From the human T2T-CHM13v2.0 reference genome, Homo sapiens: a stretch of 64,000 nt of DNA. A program made the position numbers and the translations under genes. The notes beneath the pieces were generated by a model. That model searched no databases. It saw only the letters and a list, made by a program, of their open reading frames with translations, and was not told the DNA's origin. The DNA lies in the NCBI RefSeq assembly GCF_009914755.1, contig NC_060936.1; one strand, written 5' to 3'. This document shows positions 1-25,503 of the stretch, in pieces. Position 1 is the stretch's first letter. Every line of letters begins with the position of its first letter.

Positions 1-574
1 CAAAGCATCACTTTAAAGTTCAGATAAAGTAACTTCAACCCTTGCTCTGACAAAGTTTCGTATCTTACAACTCCCTACCTTCTACAAGTGGCATGTTTGC
101 AGTCTCAGTTCTTCCCACAATCTACTATGACCCCTCTCTCCTTAAGAACCAATGTCAATATTCGTGAGACTGGTTAGCAGAAAACTGTCAGCTAAATCAC
201 ATCCTGACCCTTCTTTCTGTACACACATTTAAAACAACATCTTGATGCAAACTGATATAAAAGGAACAATTTATTACAGATGCAAAAGCCAACTTAACAT
301 TAAACTTTTGTATTTATATCACCATAAACAATGAAGTGTAAGAGAAAACCCAATTGAACAGTTTGGTTCACCCATGCCTTCATAACTTCAAAACCCAATA
401 ATCATCAATACATAATGATGACAAGATAACCAGTTCTTGAATATTAAGAAACTAGAATTGTTGCTTTAGCATGTTTAAGACTATGCACCTCCCCCCTCTT
501 CCCTCTCTGACACACACACACAAAATAACAGCATCAACAGCATCAGCAACATCATGAAATACCTACAACAAAAA

Positions 575-753
575 ATTTCAACCCTGGCAGCACTTGAGAA
601 TGACCTAAGAAATTTATTTTAAAATATCCATTATGTGGGTTCTTTCATCAGAGATTCTGATTCAATTGGTCTGGGCTCGAACTCAGGAATCAATATTTTT
701 TTAACAGCTTCCCAAGGAATTCTAATGCACTCACACAGGGCTTAGAACCAGTG
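575..753. mobile_element. MER5-like hAT MITE
   Basis: CAGAGATTCTGATTCAATTGGTCTGGG...TTAGAACCAGTG. Confidence 0.7.
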
Positions 754-1328
754 AAGAGGAACATAATGTTCTCAAGCACCTGTTTATCCATAGCATTCTA
801 TTCTTGCACAGCTGGTGTTAATGTATTTAACTCATTAACCACTGACCCTAAATATTAGCTAATCATTAAGCCCCAGTTGGTACTCGCCTGTGTGGAGGTT
901 ACCACATAGTCTGGGAGGATGACTTAAAATATTTTATTTTGGTGTTGGACTGTGTCATCTATAATTCTGGCTTCAGAGAACAGAGTAAAATATGATTGAG
1001 ATTTAATTGGTGGTTTTTCTGAATTGATCTAGGAGTGATCTGCTAAATGCTTTATGTACTTATACCCTTCCACTGTGCAAGACCATATAGGGGAACAAAG
1101 TAACAACTAAAATTCCTTCTCACACAATGGGTTTCCACATTTCCTTCAAAAGCTCTACAAATTGGGAAGGGGGATTTGAAAAGTTCACAAGTACTGCTTA
1201 AATTTTACTAAGCAGTAAATTTTACTAAGTAAAAATACACACATCTGTGAGAATAAAAGTAGATTTTCAAATTTCCACTATAACCTTTCAAGCTTTTGGC
1301 ACCCAATTTTATATATTTATAGCGATAA

Positions 1329-1800
<472 letters not shown>

Positions 1801-3992
1801 TCAAGCTCCATCCTACATCTACAGAATCGGAATCTGCACTGTAATAAGAGAATAAAACCAAAATACTATCTTTCCTTACATTAGTCTTTATAACATCAGA
1901 AAATACATAGTAAATGTATAGTAATAAAAGTTACATATACAATCCTAAAAATAACACTAACGAATATTTCTAGGATAAGTATATAAAGCATTTAGCAAAT
2001 CACTCCTAGACCAATTCAGAAAAACCACCAATTAAATCTCAATTATATTTTACTCTATTCTCTGAAGCCAAAATTATAGATGACACAGTCCAACACCAAA
2101 ATAAAATATTTTAAATCATCCTCCCAGACTATGTGGTAACCTCCACACAGGCCATTAGTTAAGAATAGTAACAATTATAAAGATGTTCCAAGGATTTTAA
2201 GAAATACCTCCCTAATTATTTCACTCAAGTTCTTCATTTCATCAGAAAAAAAAAAAAAAAAAAAACCAGGACCTAAGACCTGAATTTTCCCAAACCTTTT
2301 AGATGCATGTGATGGTCATTTATCTGAGCCTCCCAGAATGACTGGGAAATGAACATCCTACAAGTCTTGCCACAAACCAAGTGTTTAACAGAAAATTAGG
2401 CACAAGTATTAGCTACACTGAAACCTTGTTGCTGTGTTTCCCCTTGGGAATGATGGCTAAGGTAGAACCATACCGCACATATTTAAACAATAATTTACAT
2501 AAAATTACAAATACTGTAAAATACAACCACTACTCTTATGATGAAGGAATCTGCACTTGTTTATATCAATACAATCTTTCATCTTGAGGGTCATTCAACA
2601 GTATGACTGGTAATACATAGGTATGGGCCTAACACCCTCCCCCAGTCTGTGAGATCTGACAAATCCTACAGTATTTTTTAAATCAAATGCTAAAAATATT
2701 AATTATACTTTTCTACTACTCCTATCTTAATTTTTAATGGGTATAAATTCCAAGGCTGAGATTATTTTTCATTGTTTTAAGGTTAATCAACTAACCTTAT
2801 TTAAAGTGTACACTGTATATAGTAAGCTAAACATGGACTAAACGCTGATGTCTCCAATTCTAATCCTTTACCACATGGATCACTCTAGCCTCCTTCTCCT
2901 TGCTTGTAACTTTCCATTCCAACAGTGAGAAATCTGGCTACCACAATCCACCATCCACTTATACTTAACTGTTTAGTATACATTACTAGAGGTATCAGAA
3001 TTGCAGTATCAGAATTGTTAACTATACCTTTATATGAAGCAATATTATCAACCAATGTACACTACAAGTAAAGAATATGTGCAGTGCTTTTTGCCTTTAG
3101 TATTACAGGCACTATGCATCTCCAAAATTAATTAGATCAACAGTTTTCCCCCATCACCCACTTCAATGAGGTTGTTTTATACATCTCTAATACAATTAGA
3201 TTCTTCTGTCTCAATCTGCATTCCATCCTGGAATCCCCCAGCCTCCTAAAAGATGGTCTTTTAAAATTCGTATTCATTAAGGTCCACGCTTTCTGCTATA
3301 AAGTGCTATGGGTTTTGACATCTGTGTAGTATGCTTTTTTCCTGTTTCTCATCTTCTACATATATAACATCTTACAAACAATTTTACCACCATTCTTCAA
3401 ACAAACATACATACTTCCACAGTCATCTTCAATTCTACTAAACAGTACAGTCTACATGCTTGCAGGCTTATCTCCATGCACATACCACCTTTTTTTTTTT
3501 CCCACAATCTCTAGGAGACTCATTTCAGAAAACTTCACTTTCAAGATTACTAACAGTTGTCTGCTCATGATTAGGCTTCAAAAGAAAAATGTTAAATTTA
3601 TTTATATAGAAAACAGATTTCATATCCTTATTTTACAACCGAGTTCTCTAACACTTATGTGTCTATCAAAAATAAATTAATGAAAGCTTGAAAACAGTTA
3701 TGAATTCATTATACTGCTTTCACATCCACTTCAAACTTCCTATATATAAACTGATATAACATGGGTTCACTTACCCAGCTCAGTCTCACTATAAGGATTT
3801 TTAAACAAAATCAGTCCAGTCCACTGAACAGTATCAGCTTACTGCAGGTACATTGTCTTTCATAATAAATAACAGTATCAGTAATGCAATACCAACACAC
3901 AGGGAACTAGACTAAGACCAAGGATATAAATAAGGTAAGAACATACCTATTCCCTGGATGCCTGCCTGAATCCAAATTAAAACCTTCTGAAT

Positions 3993-4279
3993 GGCCAGGG
4001 GCGGTGGCTCACACCTGTAATCCCAGCACTTTAGGAGGCCCAGGCAGGCGGATCACCTGAGGTCGGGAGTTCTAGACCAGCCTGACCAACATGGTTAAAC
4101 CCCATCTCTACTAAAAATACAAAAATTAGCCGGTTGTGGTGGCAGGCACCTGTAATCCCAGCTACTTGGGAGGCTGAGGCAGGCGAATCGCTTGAACCCA
4201 CTGGGTGGAGGATGGGAGGATGCAGTGAGCCAAAATCACGCCACTGCACTCCAGCCTGGGCGACAAAGCGAGACTCCAC
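3993..4279 (+). mobile_element. Alu lacking an A tail
   Basis: Consensus runs to GAGACTCC, then joins unrelated sequence abruptly. Confidence 0.9.
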
Positions 4280-4660
4280 CTGGCCGGGGTGGACGCAGTG
4301 GGGAAGAAGCTTGGAAATCGTTACTCTATCCTAATAGTGAGTAAAAAGCTAAACAACAACAACAACAAAGATCAACAACTCTTCTTAGATCCACCAGAGA
4401 AGTAAGGTCACAGGGCAAACCACTGCCCCCACAATTGGATAGACAGACAAGGTGATAACAAAGGATCATAATTTATCAAAGCAGAAATCCACAGACAAAA
4501 ACCTCTCTACAGGAGCCAGCACCCGAGTAGGAAAACCTAAATTGCGATTGATGACTTGCTGGAGGCTTAGTATAGACAAATCTGAAAGTTAAAAACTCTA
4601 GGGACACTTTTTTTGGTTTTACCTCCAGGAGCTCTACCAGGTTCTCACAGTAAAGATCCA

Positions 4661-5135
<475 letters not shown>

Positions 5136-5743
5136 TTAACTCCAGCCTCCTCTAACCATTCTGTCCCACCTAAGGGGATGAAAAGAACTGAGAAGCACTT
5201 GTGAAGCTCACAGCCCAGGGCAATGGCTGACTAAACAACTGAAATATAGTCATTGAACTATAGACTATTTTTTCTCTCCCCACAGCTTACCATCACATTA
5301 CAAAAGGCCTATATATCACAATTCCTTTTATCTGATATATCATATCCAGCTTTCAACAAAAAATTACAAGGCATACTAAAAGACAAAAAAGCAGTTTGAA
5401 GAGACAGAGCAAGTACCATAACCAGATTCAAATATGGCAAGAATATTGCAATAAACAGACAAGAATTTAAAGCAACTATGATTCATATGCTAAGGATGCT
5501 AACGGGAAAAAACAGACAACATGGAAGAATAGACTGATAATGTAAGCAAGGGGAAAAATCAAAGAGAAATGCTGGAGACCAAAAACACTATAACATAAAT
5601 GAAGAATGCCTTTGATGGGTTTATTAGTATACTGTTCATGGTTGAGGAATCTGAGCTTGGGAATATGTCAATAGAAACTTCCAAAGCTGAAAAGCAGATT
5701 TTTTAAAAAGACTGAAAAAAAGGGAACAGAATATCTAAGAACT

Positions 5744-5846
5744 GCGTTCAGTTCAGCAGCACATATACTAACACTGGAACAATTCACAGATCAGCATGGC
5801 CCCTGCACAAGGATGACATGCAAATTCGTGAAGCGTTAGTATTTTT
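5744..5846 (+). pseudogene. U6 snRNA retro-pseudogene (near full length)
   Basis: GCAGCACATATACTAA..CATGGCCCCTGCACAAGGATGACATGCAAATTCGTGAAGCG matches U6. The ACAGAGA box is damaged. AT-rich tail; TSD TAAGAACT at 5736-5743 and 5870-5877. Confidence 0.95.
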
Positions 5847-6472
5847 ATAATATATATTTTTAAAAACAATAAGAACTGTGGGACAATTATTATACAAAAG
5901 GTACAACATACACATAATGAGAATACAGAAAGAGAAAATATTTGAAGCCGTAATGACAGAATTCCACACAAACTAATGTCAGACAGCAAACCACAGATCC
6001 AGTCAGCTCAGAGAACAAGCGGGAAAAGGCAAAACAAAACCAACCACCACCTAACACCTTGGCATATCATATTCAAACTGCAGAAAATGAAAAAAATAAA
6101 TAAATCTTAAGCAAGAAAAAACACCTTACTTGTAGAAGAGCAGGATTACATCCAACTTATCCTCATAAACCATACAAGCAAATAGAGAATAGAGCGAAAT
6201 ATTTTAAAATTCAAGAGAAAGGAAAAACAAAGAAAAAACTGCTAGCCTGGAATTCTCTACCCTGCAAAATTATCCTTAAAAAGTGAAGGAGAACTAAAGA
6301 CTTTCTCAAGACCAACAAAAATTGAGGGATTTGTTACCAGTAGACCTGCGTTTTAAGAAATGTTAAAAGTAGTTCTTCAGAAGGAAGAAAAATAATATAG
6401 GTCAAAAATAGATCTACAAAAAGAAAGTAACGGCATTAGAGAAGGAATAAGTGAAGGTAAAATAAAAACTTT

Positions 6473-6794
<322 letters not shown>

Positions 6795-7158
6795 TGAGCT
6801 AACAGGTAACAGTTTGTTCAAAATAGTAACAGCACAGTGTAGTCAATGATTTTAGCTTATATATAAGTGAAATGAATGATGGCAACAATACAGGGGATGG
6901 AAGGGAGAAATTAGGAGTATTTTGTTTCAGCCAATTCTGTTGTAAGTCCAAAACTGTTCTAAAAAATGGTCTTTTATTTAAAAAACAAACAAAAGGCAAG
7001 AGGGGAGCCCTTTCTGCTTCAGTTTGCTGTTCTGTAAAGCTTGGCACTCATTTTTAGTGGTCAGTGGTCAATAAGACTGGTACCAAATCCTCATTTGGCA
7101 CATTTCCCCGAGAGTAGCTAAATTATGTATCCAAGGTAAGGATTAAGAAAGAGAGCCT

Positions 7159-7450
7159 GGCCAGGTGCAGTGGCTCACACCTGTAATCCCAGCCATTTGG
7201 GAGGCCAAGGCAGGGGGATCACCTGAGGTCGGGAGCTCAGGACCAGCCTGGCCAACATGGTGAAACCCCCGTTTCTACTAAAAATACAAAAATTAGCTGA
7301 TGCACGCCTGTAGTCCCAGCTACTGGGGAGGCTGGAGGCATGATAATCGCTTGAACCCGGGAGGCGGAGGTTGCGGTGAGCCCAGATCACACCACTGCAC
7401 AACAGCCTAGGTGACACAGCGAGGCTCCATCTCAAAAAAAAAAGAAAGAG
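7159..7450 (+). mobile_element. Alu
   Basis: Consensus; TSD like AAGAAAGAGA.CCT. Confidence 0.95.
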
Positions 7451-7583
7451 AACCTAACAGGAAGAGATAAATGCTATGCCTAAAAGGTAACAAGTAGATG
7501 TCTTCAGTTTATGCAGTGACCCAGCAGCAGAATGAGTCTTTAGTCTCAGGATCTGCTTTATGAGACTGTGCCCTTCTCTAGTG

Positions 7584-7923
7584 CAGGGGTCCTCAAGCCC
7601 CAGGCTGTGGACCAGTAGCAGTCAGTGGCCTGCTAGGAACTGGCCGCACAGCAGGTGAGCAGCAGGCAAGCGAGCATTACTGCCTGAGCTCTGCCTCCTG
7701 TCACATCAGTGGCAGCATTAGTCTCAGGAGTGCGAACCTTATTGTGAACAGCGCATGCAACAGATCTAGGTTGCACACCTCCATTTGTGCATCTAATGCC
7801 TGATCTGAGGTGGCACAGTTTCATCCAGAAACCATCCCACCCACCCCGCTACTGCCCAGTGCCTGTGGAAAAACTGTCTTCCACAGAACCAGTCCCTGGT
7901 GCCAAAAAGTTTAGGGACCACTG
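7584..7923 (+). mobile_element. MER1B (hAT-Charlie) MITE
   Basis: CAGGGGTCC... and ...GGGACCACTG termini; 8-bp TSD CTCTAGTG/CTCTAGGG. Confidence 0.9.
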
Positions 7924-7931
7924 CTCTAGGG

Positions 7932-8084
7932 AAAGCAGAAAATGGCAATAGGCCCCAGCGAGCTAGGAAAGAGGCATTCATTGCATTCAAGGATGCAGCA
8001 CTGAAGCTAACCCAAGAGGAGTGGTAGCTACTGAGGCCTGCTCAGAGGACATGGTACAGGGATGTGATGCAGGAAAAGTCCTGA
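7932..8084 (+). pseudogene. KRAB zinc-finger gene retrocopy fragment (start exon fused to KRAB-A box)
   Basis: ATG at 7942, MAIGP, frameshift, then RARKEAFIAFKDAALKLTQEEW*LLRPAQRTWYRDVMQE. This matches the KRAB-A consensus (F.DVAV.FTQEEW.LL.PAQR.LYRDVMLE). In-frame TAG at 8025. Confidence 0.82.
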
Positions 8085-8112
8085 GGGAAAAAAACATTCT
8101 CAAGATCTGCTA

Positions 8113-8514
<402 letters not shown>

Positions 8515-9968
8515 TTAAAAATTAAACTGTGACATAAACTCCTTGACTACTTCATTTTATTTTAGACTCTTTCAAAAAATAAATAATAATTGGTGTGCAA
8601 ATATTAAGGAGCAGGTTTGGTTGTTTTGTTTTTGTATTTAATCTACCTTAGAATCTACCTTAGAAACCTGTAGACACATAAAAGCACTTAACAATGAAGT
8701 TGCTTAATTCAACTAGTTGTGTAATATATTCTGCAAGGGCTTTTATCAGCAACATATTTTAAAGCCAATTTTAGTATGCTTTGGGAAACAGAAAGTGTGT
8801 GATAAATATCTCCCTTGGCTTCTCAAAAGCTAGGCTACAGGCTTATATAGAAGAAATCTCACTTCAGCAGTAATCTTTACTAACTCTGGTTATGTAATCT
8901 ATTTGGCCTCTAATTTATTTTGGCCTCAATTAGCTTTATTTTGGCTTTGAATTAAGAGAGAATGAACATATGTACTTGATAATGATTAAATAAATATATG
9001 TGGTCACAGCTCCACTTTGCAATAGTATACACATCTGCTATTCATCCAAAAATCATGAAAACCAGGACCAGGCTGTTATATGCTGTTCATTAGCGTCCAC
9101 ACAAATGTAATTTTATTGCTGTGTCTGGTCTCATATTCATTTGTAATGCTTTCTGGAAAATAATTTTTAAATGGAGTGAAAGGTAGAAGATGAGCTTCAT
9201 TTTAACTGGGAGGGAAGTAAAGCAAGTAAACATATATTAAGTTTTCAAGATGTCACAATTTCTTATGCCAGGAAAATAAAAATATCTCAAACTGATAATA
9301 AGACTAGACACACAAGCCATTTTATACAAATTTACTTTATACATTTTTATTACAATCCAAAGCATTTAATTTATTTGATTAGGTAAGGATAAAACAACAA
9401 ATCTTCCAAAATATTCACAAGCCCTAATTTGGTAAGTATACTCAATCTGAATTCGGCTTCCCATAATGAAAATGTTCAGTTTCAATAAATCTAGACTAAA
9501 GGGATGAAATTTCACCCTTTACAAGATGTAATTACATACACAGGTGACTAATTAAGACATTGAGACTTGAGCTATAAAAACTAAGTGACCCAGATCTATA
9601 CTAGATCATAAATCATGTCATGATCCTTGAAGTTACTTATATAATCCTATCCATAATTAAAATAAGTCATTAATATACATATTAGCAAGTATGAATAATC
9701 CTCAACTATCATGCACATGGTACATGAAAGAATAGACAATATTTTAAAACATGTAAGTCAGAGTTTCTATTCTGGTAATATGGTAAAAAGACAACCAGAA
9801 AATACTTCTTTTACAAAACATCTAGAACTACTGGTGAATCTTTTTATTTGATTTGTACATATACACAAAATAAAATATACAAACACCCCTTTAAATGTAG
9901 AACTTATCAAGAAAGTAGGAGAAATCTCCTGAGACCAAAAATGAACAGGAAAGTAAAAAGCAGTACAT

Positions 9969-17950
<7,982 letters not shown>

Positions 17951-19366
17951 GTCCTTTAAACAAAGCTACCATGTTCAATTTTTTAAAGTAATTCAACTCG
18001 TAAAAAAAACACAAAAAACAAAAAACAATGGCTTCAGTAAGATACCTTTCACAAAGAAAAAAAGCACCAAACACGGAATTCAAAAATTTCAACTAAGAAT
18101 ATAGCTCCCTCTCATTTATCTTGGTCAAAGGCCTTGGTTTCTTCACCCAAAGAAGGGAAGGAAGGCATTTAGCTAGAGGATCCTTAAGATTCCCTTCCAG
18201 TTCTAGGATTCAAGGGATAGAAAACAGACCTTCCCAATTTAACAGAACATCCTTCAAAACTGTAAGTTGTTTACACCAAGATCCTTCATACACAGGGACA
18301 GTGCTTTAAAGCAAGATCCAGTCTAAAGCTTTAGATTTTAAATAATTGGCTATCTGCTTCTATGCAAAAGCCAACTGGAAACGGATATGATCTCAGAAAA
18401 AGAACAAAGAAAATAATGCACTTTTAAACTGTTCCATTTTTAAAGAGCTGATGGAGGAAGGAAAGGCACGGTCCAAGTGGTAGGACAATGGAAACAGTAT
18501 AAAACTCAATAAGCTTAAGTGAAAATTTCTAAAAGAAATATAGTATCAATATCAATTGTTACAAAAATAAAAACAGTCATATTTTATTCCTAGTTCACAA
18601 ATTAGCTGACAAACCCCTCCTTCCAAAATCTTAAAGATTCATTGTAATTTCTGAAGAGTCATCAACTCTGGAATACATCGAAGGTAGACAAAATCCCCAA
18701 GTGCAGGCAGCCTATACTCATAAAGGTACCCTATTCTTTTTCTTTTTTTTTTTTCATCTCCAGCCATACAGAGGAAGGTATCCTTTTCTTTATAATCACC
18801 AAGTTTCAATCTTCTACTAAGGATGAATGAAAAGCTCAATGTTACAAGCAAAGAAAGCTTTTATTAAAAAGCAAAGCTATTAAAATACTGTGTTATGTAA
18901 AGGCATTCAGTTATACTACAACTACTCCCCTTCAAAATTCCTTCAATAAATGCTAGGAGATATGGAGCATAAAAAAGTAGACAATACAATTGAAACTTAT
19001 TAATTTGAGACACGGTGATGGATATTACTTGATATGAAGAAACTAAAACTGGATGAGAGTTAAGATATTAAAAAAAAAAAAACCCTACATTAACATTTGA
19101 GAACACATGTACACACACACACACAAAGAGACACACACCACGAGTTTGTTGTTTCTTAATTTCCAAGACCCTGATTCATATGCCATTCAAGCTAAACCCA
19201 TAATCCAGATTTCCCGAAAAGATCAGTGGTTCTTCTAACACATCACTCTTATTTTTTAGATAATGATCTCAAAAAACCTCATCTCCAAACATATGTGAAT
19301 CTATATAATCTGCCTAAATGTAACTGGCTACATTTTCCACTTTCCATACAAAAAGAATCTTTTTAT

Positions 19367-19699
<333 letters not shown>

Positions 19700-22600
19700 T
19701 CATTCAAAGCTGTTTAATATAAATTCACTTCAAATTGAATCATTAAAGTTTAACTTTATAAAAAAAATCTAAAATGATTTGGAATATGAAAGGATCCTAA
19801 ACAAACAAACAAAACACCCTTAAACTTGACACAGGTCCTCAACATCACCAAGATTAGTACGGTTGCTTAGCATGGTAACTGTGGAATCAGACTGAGGGGC
19901 TCCAGCATTAGGAGCAGCCACATAGGAATCACCTCTACTCACTGTAACATAAGACAACTGTTTACTGTAACTCTGGTTGTTCATTTCTCTAACAATTTCA
20001 TACACACATCTTCCCGTTGCTTAGTCTGAACTGTACACTGCTAGTCATTATTATAAGGAAAAAAAAATCTCAGACTAATATAATAGAGGCCAAATTTAGA
20101 GAGAGGAATAAAAATCTTCCTTCAGTCTAGGCTAAATGGACTGATTACACAAAGAACTCCATACATCCGAAAGCACACAGATGTCTGCACTAGTTCCCAG
20201 GGCTCAAACAATACCAGTCATTCAATAGCTTTCCCTTTACGTAAGTTGCTATGAGAGAGCTCAATCAGCTCTTGTGAACCTCATAATCCAGGATCCTGGA
20301 ACTCTGAAAAGTCTACATTTTTCCTCAGCACTGTTTTCATGTACTTTGTCTGGAACTCAAACTTCGTATTTCCCCCAAAAAATAAATCTGGAAATCATCT
20401 CTTCTGTTTGACAAATGATGTACTCTACCTATAATTACTTTTCAACTAAAACCACAATCCACGATACAAATCTAAGATCATTAACACTGAAAGATCATCT
20501 GATGAATATATTTTTCAGTGTAGGAGTTTAAAATATAATTTTAAATACGCTCCATCATTTGTACATATATCAAATGTATATATACCATTTGACCAGATTC
20601 TATTTGTTTCCAGTTGAGTCGTTTTTAAAATAACCATGACACAAAATGACTTCTCAAAATTAAAAGAAATTTTGAGAGGACTGTTAAAGCTGGGGAGGGG
20701 GGTTGAATTTACCCACTCTCTCTCCCCTACTCTCCCCTCCTCTGCCTCCCACATTAACCACACACATCAAAAATAATACAAAATATTTCACTGGGTGTTT
20801 GACCAAGCCTTTAGTCCACAGAAAGAGTTATTCTTCACTGAACCACCTTCAGAAGCTAAATAACACTACCTTCTACCTTCAAAGTAAATTGCTACTGATT
20901 CTTCCAATAATCTTTTTTATCAGCTAAGTCTTTGGTGAATTCTCACATTCAATAATGAGAAATAACAAGGATAAATTAAAGCCACAGAAACTCTAAAGTA
21001 TTTTTTAATCAAATGGCGAAATTACTTCAGAAGATACTTATCAGACCTGCTACCCAGAAGTAAAGCTCATTAGTTTTGGGGAACAAAATGAAAATGATTA
21101 ATTTACTCACTGAACTGTTAGATCCTGAAGAGTCAAGAGGAACTATATACATTCAGTTCCCTTTAATAATGTACTATCAGGTAATCATTAATCTCTTATA
21201 GAAATGATCAAGATCCCATTCCAAAATTTGGTAATGAAGCTCATAACAGCTCTTGTGCCCCTTCTAATTATTTTAACACTCTTCCTCTCTTCACATTCAT
21301 GTTACATAATGCAAATAAACATGCTTTGAAGAAGAAAAAGTTGTCTCTCCCAAGTTTTCTGTCCTTAAACAGTAAAGATAAACCAAACCCCCTCTCTCCA
21401 ACCAGAGTACAAAATGCAGAACTCTGAACATAATAACCATTTAACAGATATTTCATTAAATTTCAATCATCACCCTTACAGTGGTAAAATTGAACTTGTC
21501 AAGAAGAGGGGAAAAAAGAACTTTATCTTTTCACCACGGTATTCTTCCCTAATGACGACTACAAGCACCAAAATCCTATGTGTTCTACAAAGCAGTAACC
21601 TCAGAAACATTTCAACACCCTCTGAGCCTTACAAACTCTGTTAGCAAAACACAAACTCCGTTTCTCAAAAATATCTATAAAGTTCTCAACAACCAAATTC
21701 TTTGATAACTACAGTTACATCTGAGACCTCCTCCTCAGGACATCCAATCGTTTTTCCTACGATCAGAGCCACTACAATATTTCCTGGTGCTTTAAGAGCA
21801 CCATCTTGCTTCAACAAACACGTTTTAATTTCACTCTAAAAAATACATATTTGTATTTCCAGACATCTCCCTCTAAAATTTCCCTATACTACTGCCCACA
21901 TAATCCTTTACAGTCAAATCAGTCTTCTCATTTTTCTACAACATGGCATCCTGTTCAACCTCTGTAACCAGGCCTGATATCAAGATAAAGAAGCACATAT
22001 AAACCTTTCTTCCATTCTCCCCAAGTTCTCATTTATTACATAAAAAGAATTCACTCCTTTCTATAAGTGAAATGAGTTTTAAAGCATTCTAATACAACTG
22101 AAAGCTAAAGAAAACAAAGTATTAAAATAGTACAGGTTATTTATCTTTGGATTTTAACCAAATATTAGTCATTTTAGGTTCATGTTCAGATAGTTATCTA
22201 TACTTAGCCATGACAGACTAGCCATGACAATTTATTCAATAAAGAAATATCACAAAATGGTGTATACTAATAGTAGAAATGAGACATAGTAACAGAGAAG
22301 CAATGTGAGGATACAGTTCACACTCTGAAATGAGATTTACTCAGAGCTTTAAGTTTTCCTTCTCATTAGAAAATAAACCTTTATTGCAAATATATGTTTA
22401 GCTAACTAGAAATGAGTTATTTAATAATTTTTATTTTTCATTCAATACTGACATTAAATAACGCTTCAGAGTGTAACAAAAAAACACTAGTATCACAGTA
22501 TCATTGTGTATATAATAAAAGGTATAAGATCTAGATTAGTCTATCTCATCTTGGGCTATCAAATACTTCTCATTTCATTCCTTCTTCTCTCTCTTTAAAT

Positions 22601-22708
22601 TATCTTCTGATATCACAAAAAATAAATACAGAAGAAAACCCAAGAAATATAAACATGGCTATTAGAAACCCAAAACGATTTACAGAAACACTAAGAACAC
22701 AACACACT

Positions 22709-23170
<462 letters not shown>

Positions 23171-23335
23171 ACACAACGTAACTTTCCACATTCAAGTCTA
23201 CTCAACAAAGAAGCCCAAAGAATCTAAAATTCCTGTTTTCGATCTTTCTTTTCTCATAGGGGTCAGGGTGGTGTATGTCAGTGGAGAAAAACCGAAAGGA
23301 GGTATGATGATCTTCGTACACTGTACAAAAACTTA

Positions 23336-23809
<474 letters not shown>

Positions 23810-23939
23810 TTAGTGAGCAAAGACTGTCGAAAATAAGAAAAGAATAAATAAATCATTAGGAGACCATCTAAACTTCACACACAAAATATTATTTTTGCAG
23901 CATTTAAAAAATAAGACATAGGAAATGGGGGGAACTATT

Positions 23940-24680
23940 TCCACCACGATAGTCTTTTCTTGTTAAAATAACTCAGATAAAATTTTAAAGCCTGGCTATA
24001 CCAAGAATTGGCAATAATATGGAGCTACTGGAACACTCATACTCTACTGGGGTGAATGTAAAATGGTACAGCCACTTGGGAAAACAGTTTGGCAGTTTCC
24101 TAAAAGGTTAAACATACAACCTACTATACAATCCAAGGCAATAGCTAGATACTGTTTATTCCACATCTAGGTATTTACTCAAGAGAAACAAAAACATATG
24201 TCAATACAAAGACTTGTATGCAAATGCTCATACCAATTTATTTGTAATAACCCAAACTGGAATCAACCCAAATGTCATCAACAGACTAATGGATAAAAAA
24301 CTGTGATACTGCCATACAACAGAAAATAATGAACCCTTTGTACATGAAAAATGGGTGGATCTCAAAATAATTCAGAATGAAAGAAGCCAGGCCAAAACAA
24401 AGGTATATATTGCATGACTCTCATCTATATAAACTTTTACAAAAGGCAAACTTTTGTAAAAACACAAAGCAGATCAATGGCTGTCTCAAAATAGGGAAAG
24501 AAGGTGCAAAAGAATGAGGGGGAGGATTAAAAATGGGCATGAGCAAACTTTTGCAGGTGATGAGCTATATTATCAATAATGATGGTTTCGGAGGTGTAAA
24601 CATGTCAAAACTTATTAAATTTTACACTTAACATAAGCAAAATTTATTGTCTATCAATTATACCTTAATAAAACTGTTAC
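23940..24680 (+). mobile_element. L1ME-like 3' end
   Basis: GGTGAATGTAAAATGGTACAGCCACTTGGGAAAACAGTTTGGCAGTTTC ... CAATTATACCTTAATAAAACTG. Confidence 0.8.
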
Positions 24681-24924
24681 AGTTTGACAGAAATAGTTCT
24701 TAGTAAAGCTACTTTATTCTGTTCTATATTACTATTAAAATGACCTTTGAAAAGACCCGAAACTAAATATAAAGCCAATCTTACAGAAATAACATTTAAC
24801 TTTGAGAAAGTTGAAGCTGTTGGGAGTGAGGTAGTATAAATTCCATGTTTTTTGGTTTTTATTAAATATCTATTCCAAGCTTCTGACATTTACTTTCCTA
24901 GTATCAAGCAACAATTAAAAATCT

Positions 24925-25462
<538 letters not shown>

Positions 25463-25503
25463 GCTGGAATGCAGAACATAAATGAGGCAGCAAAAGTAAG
25501 ACC

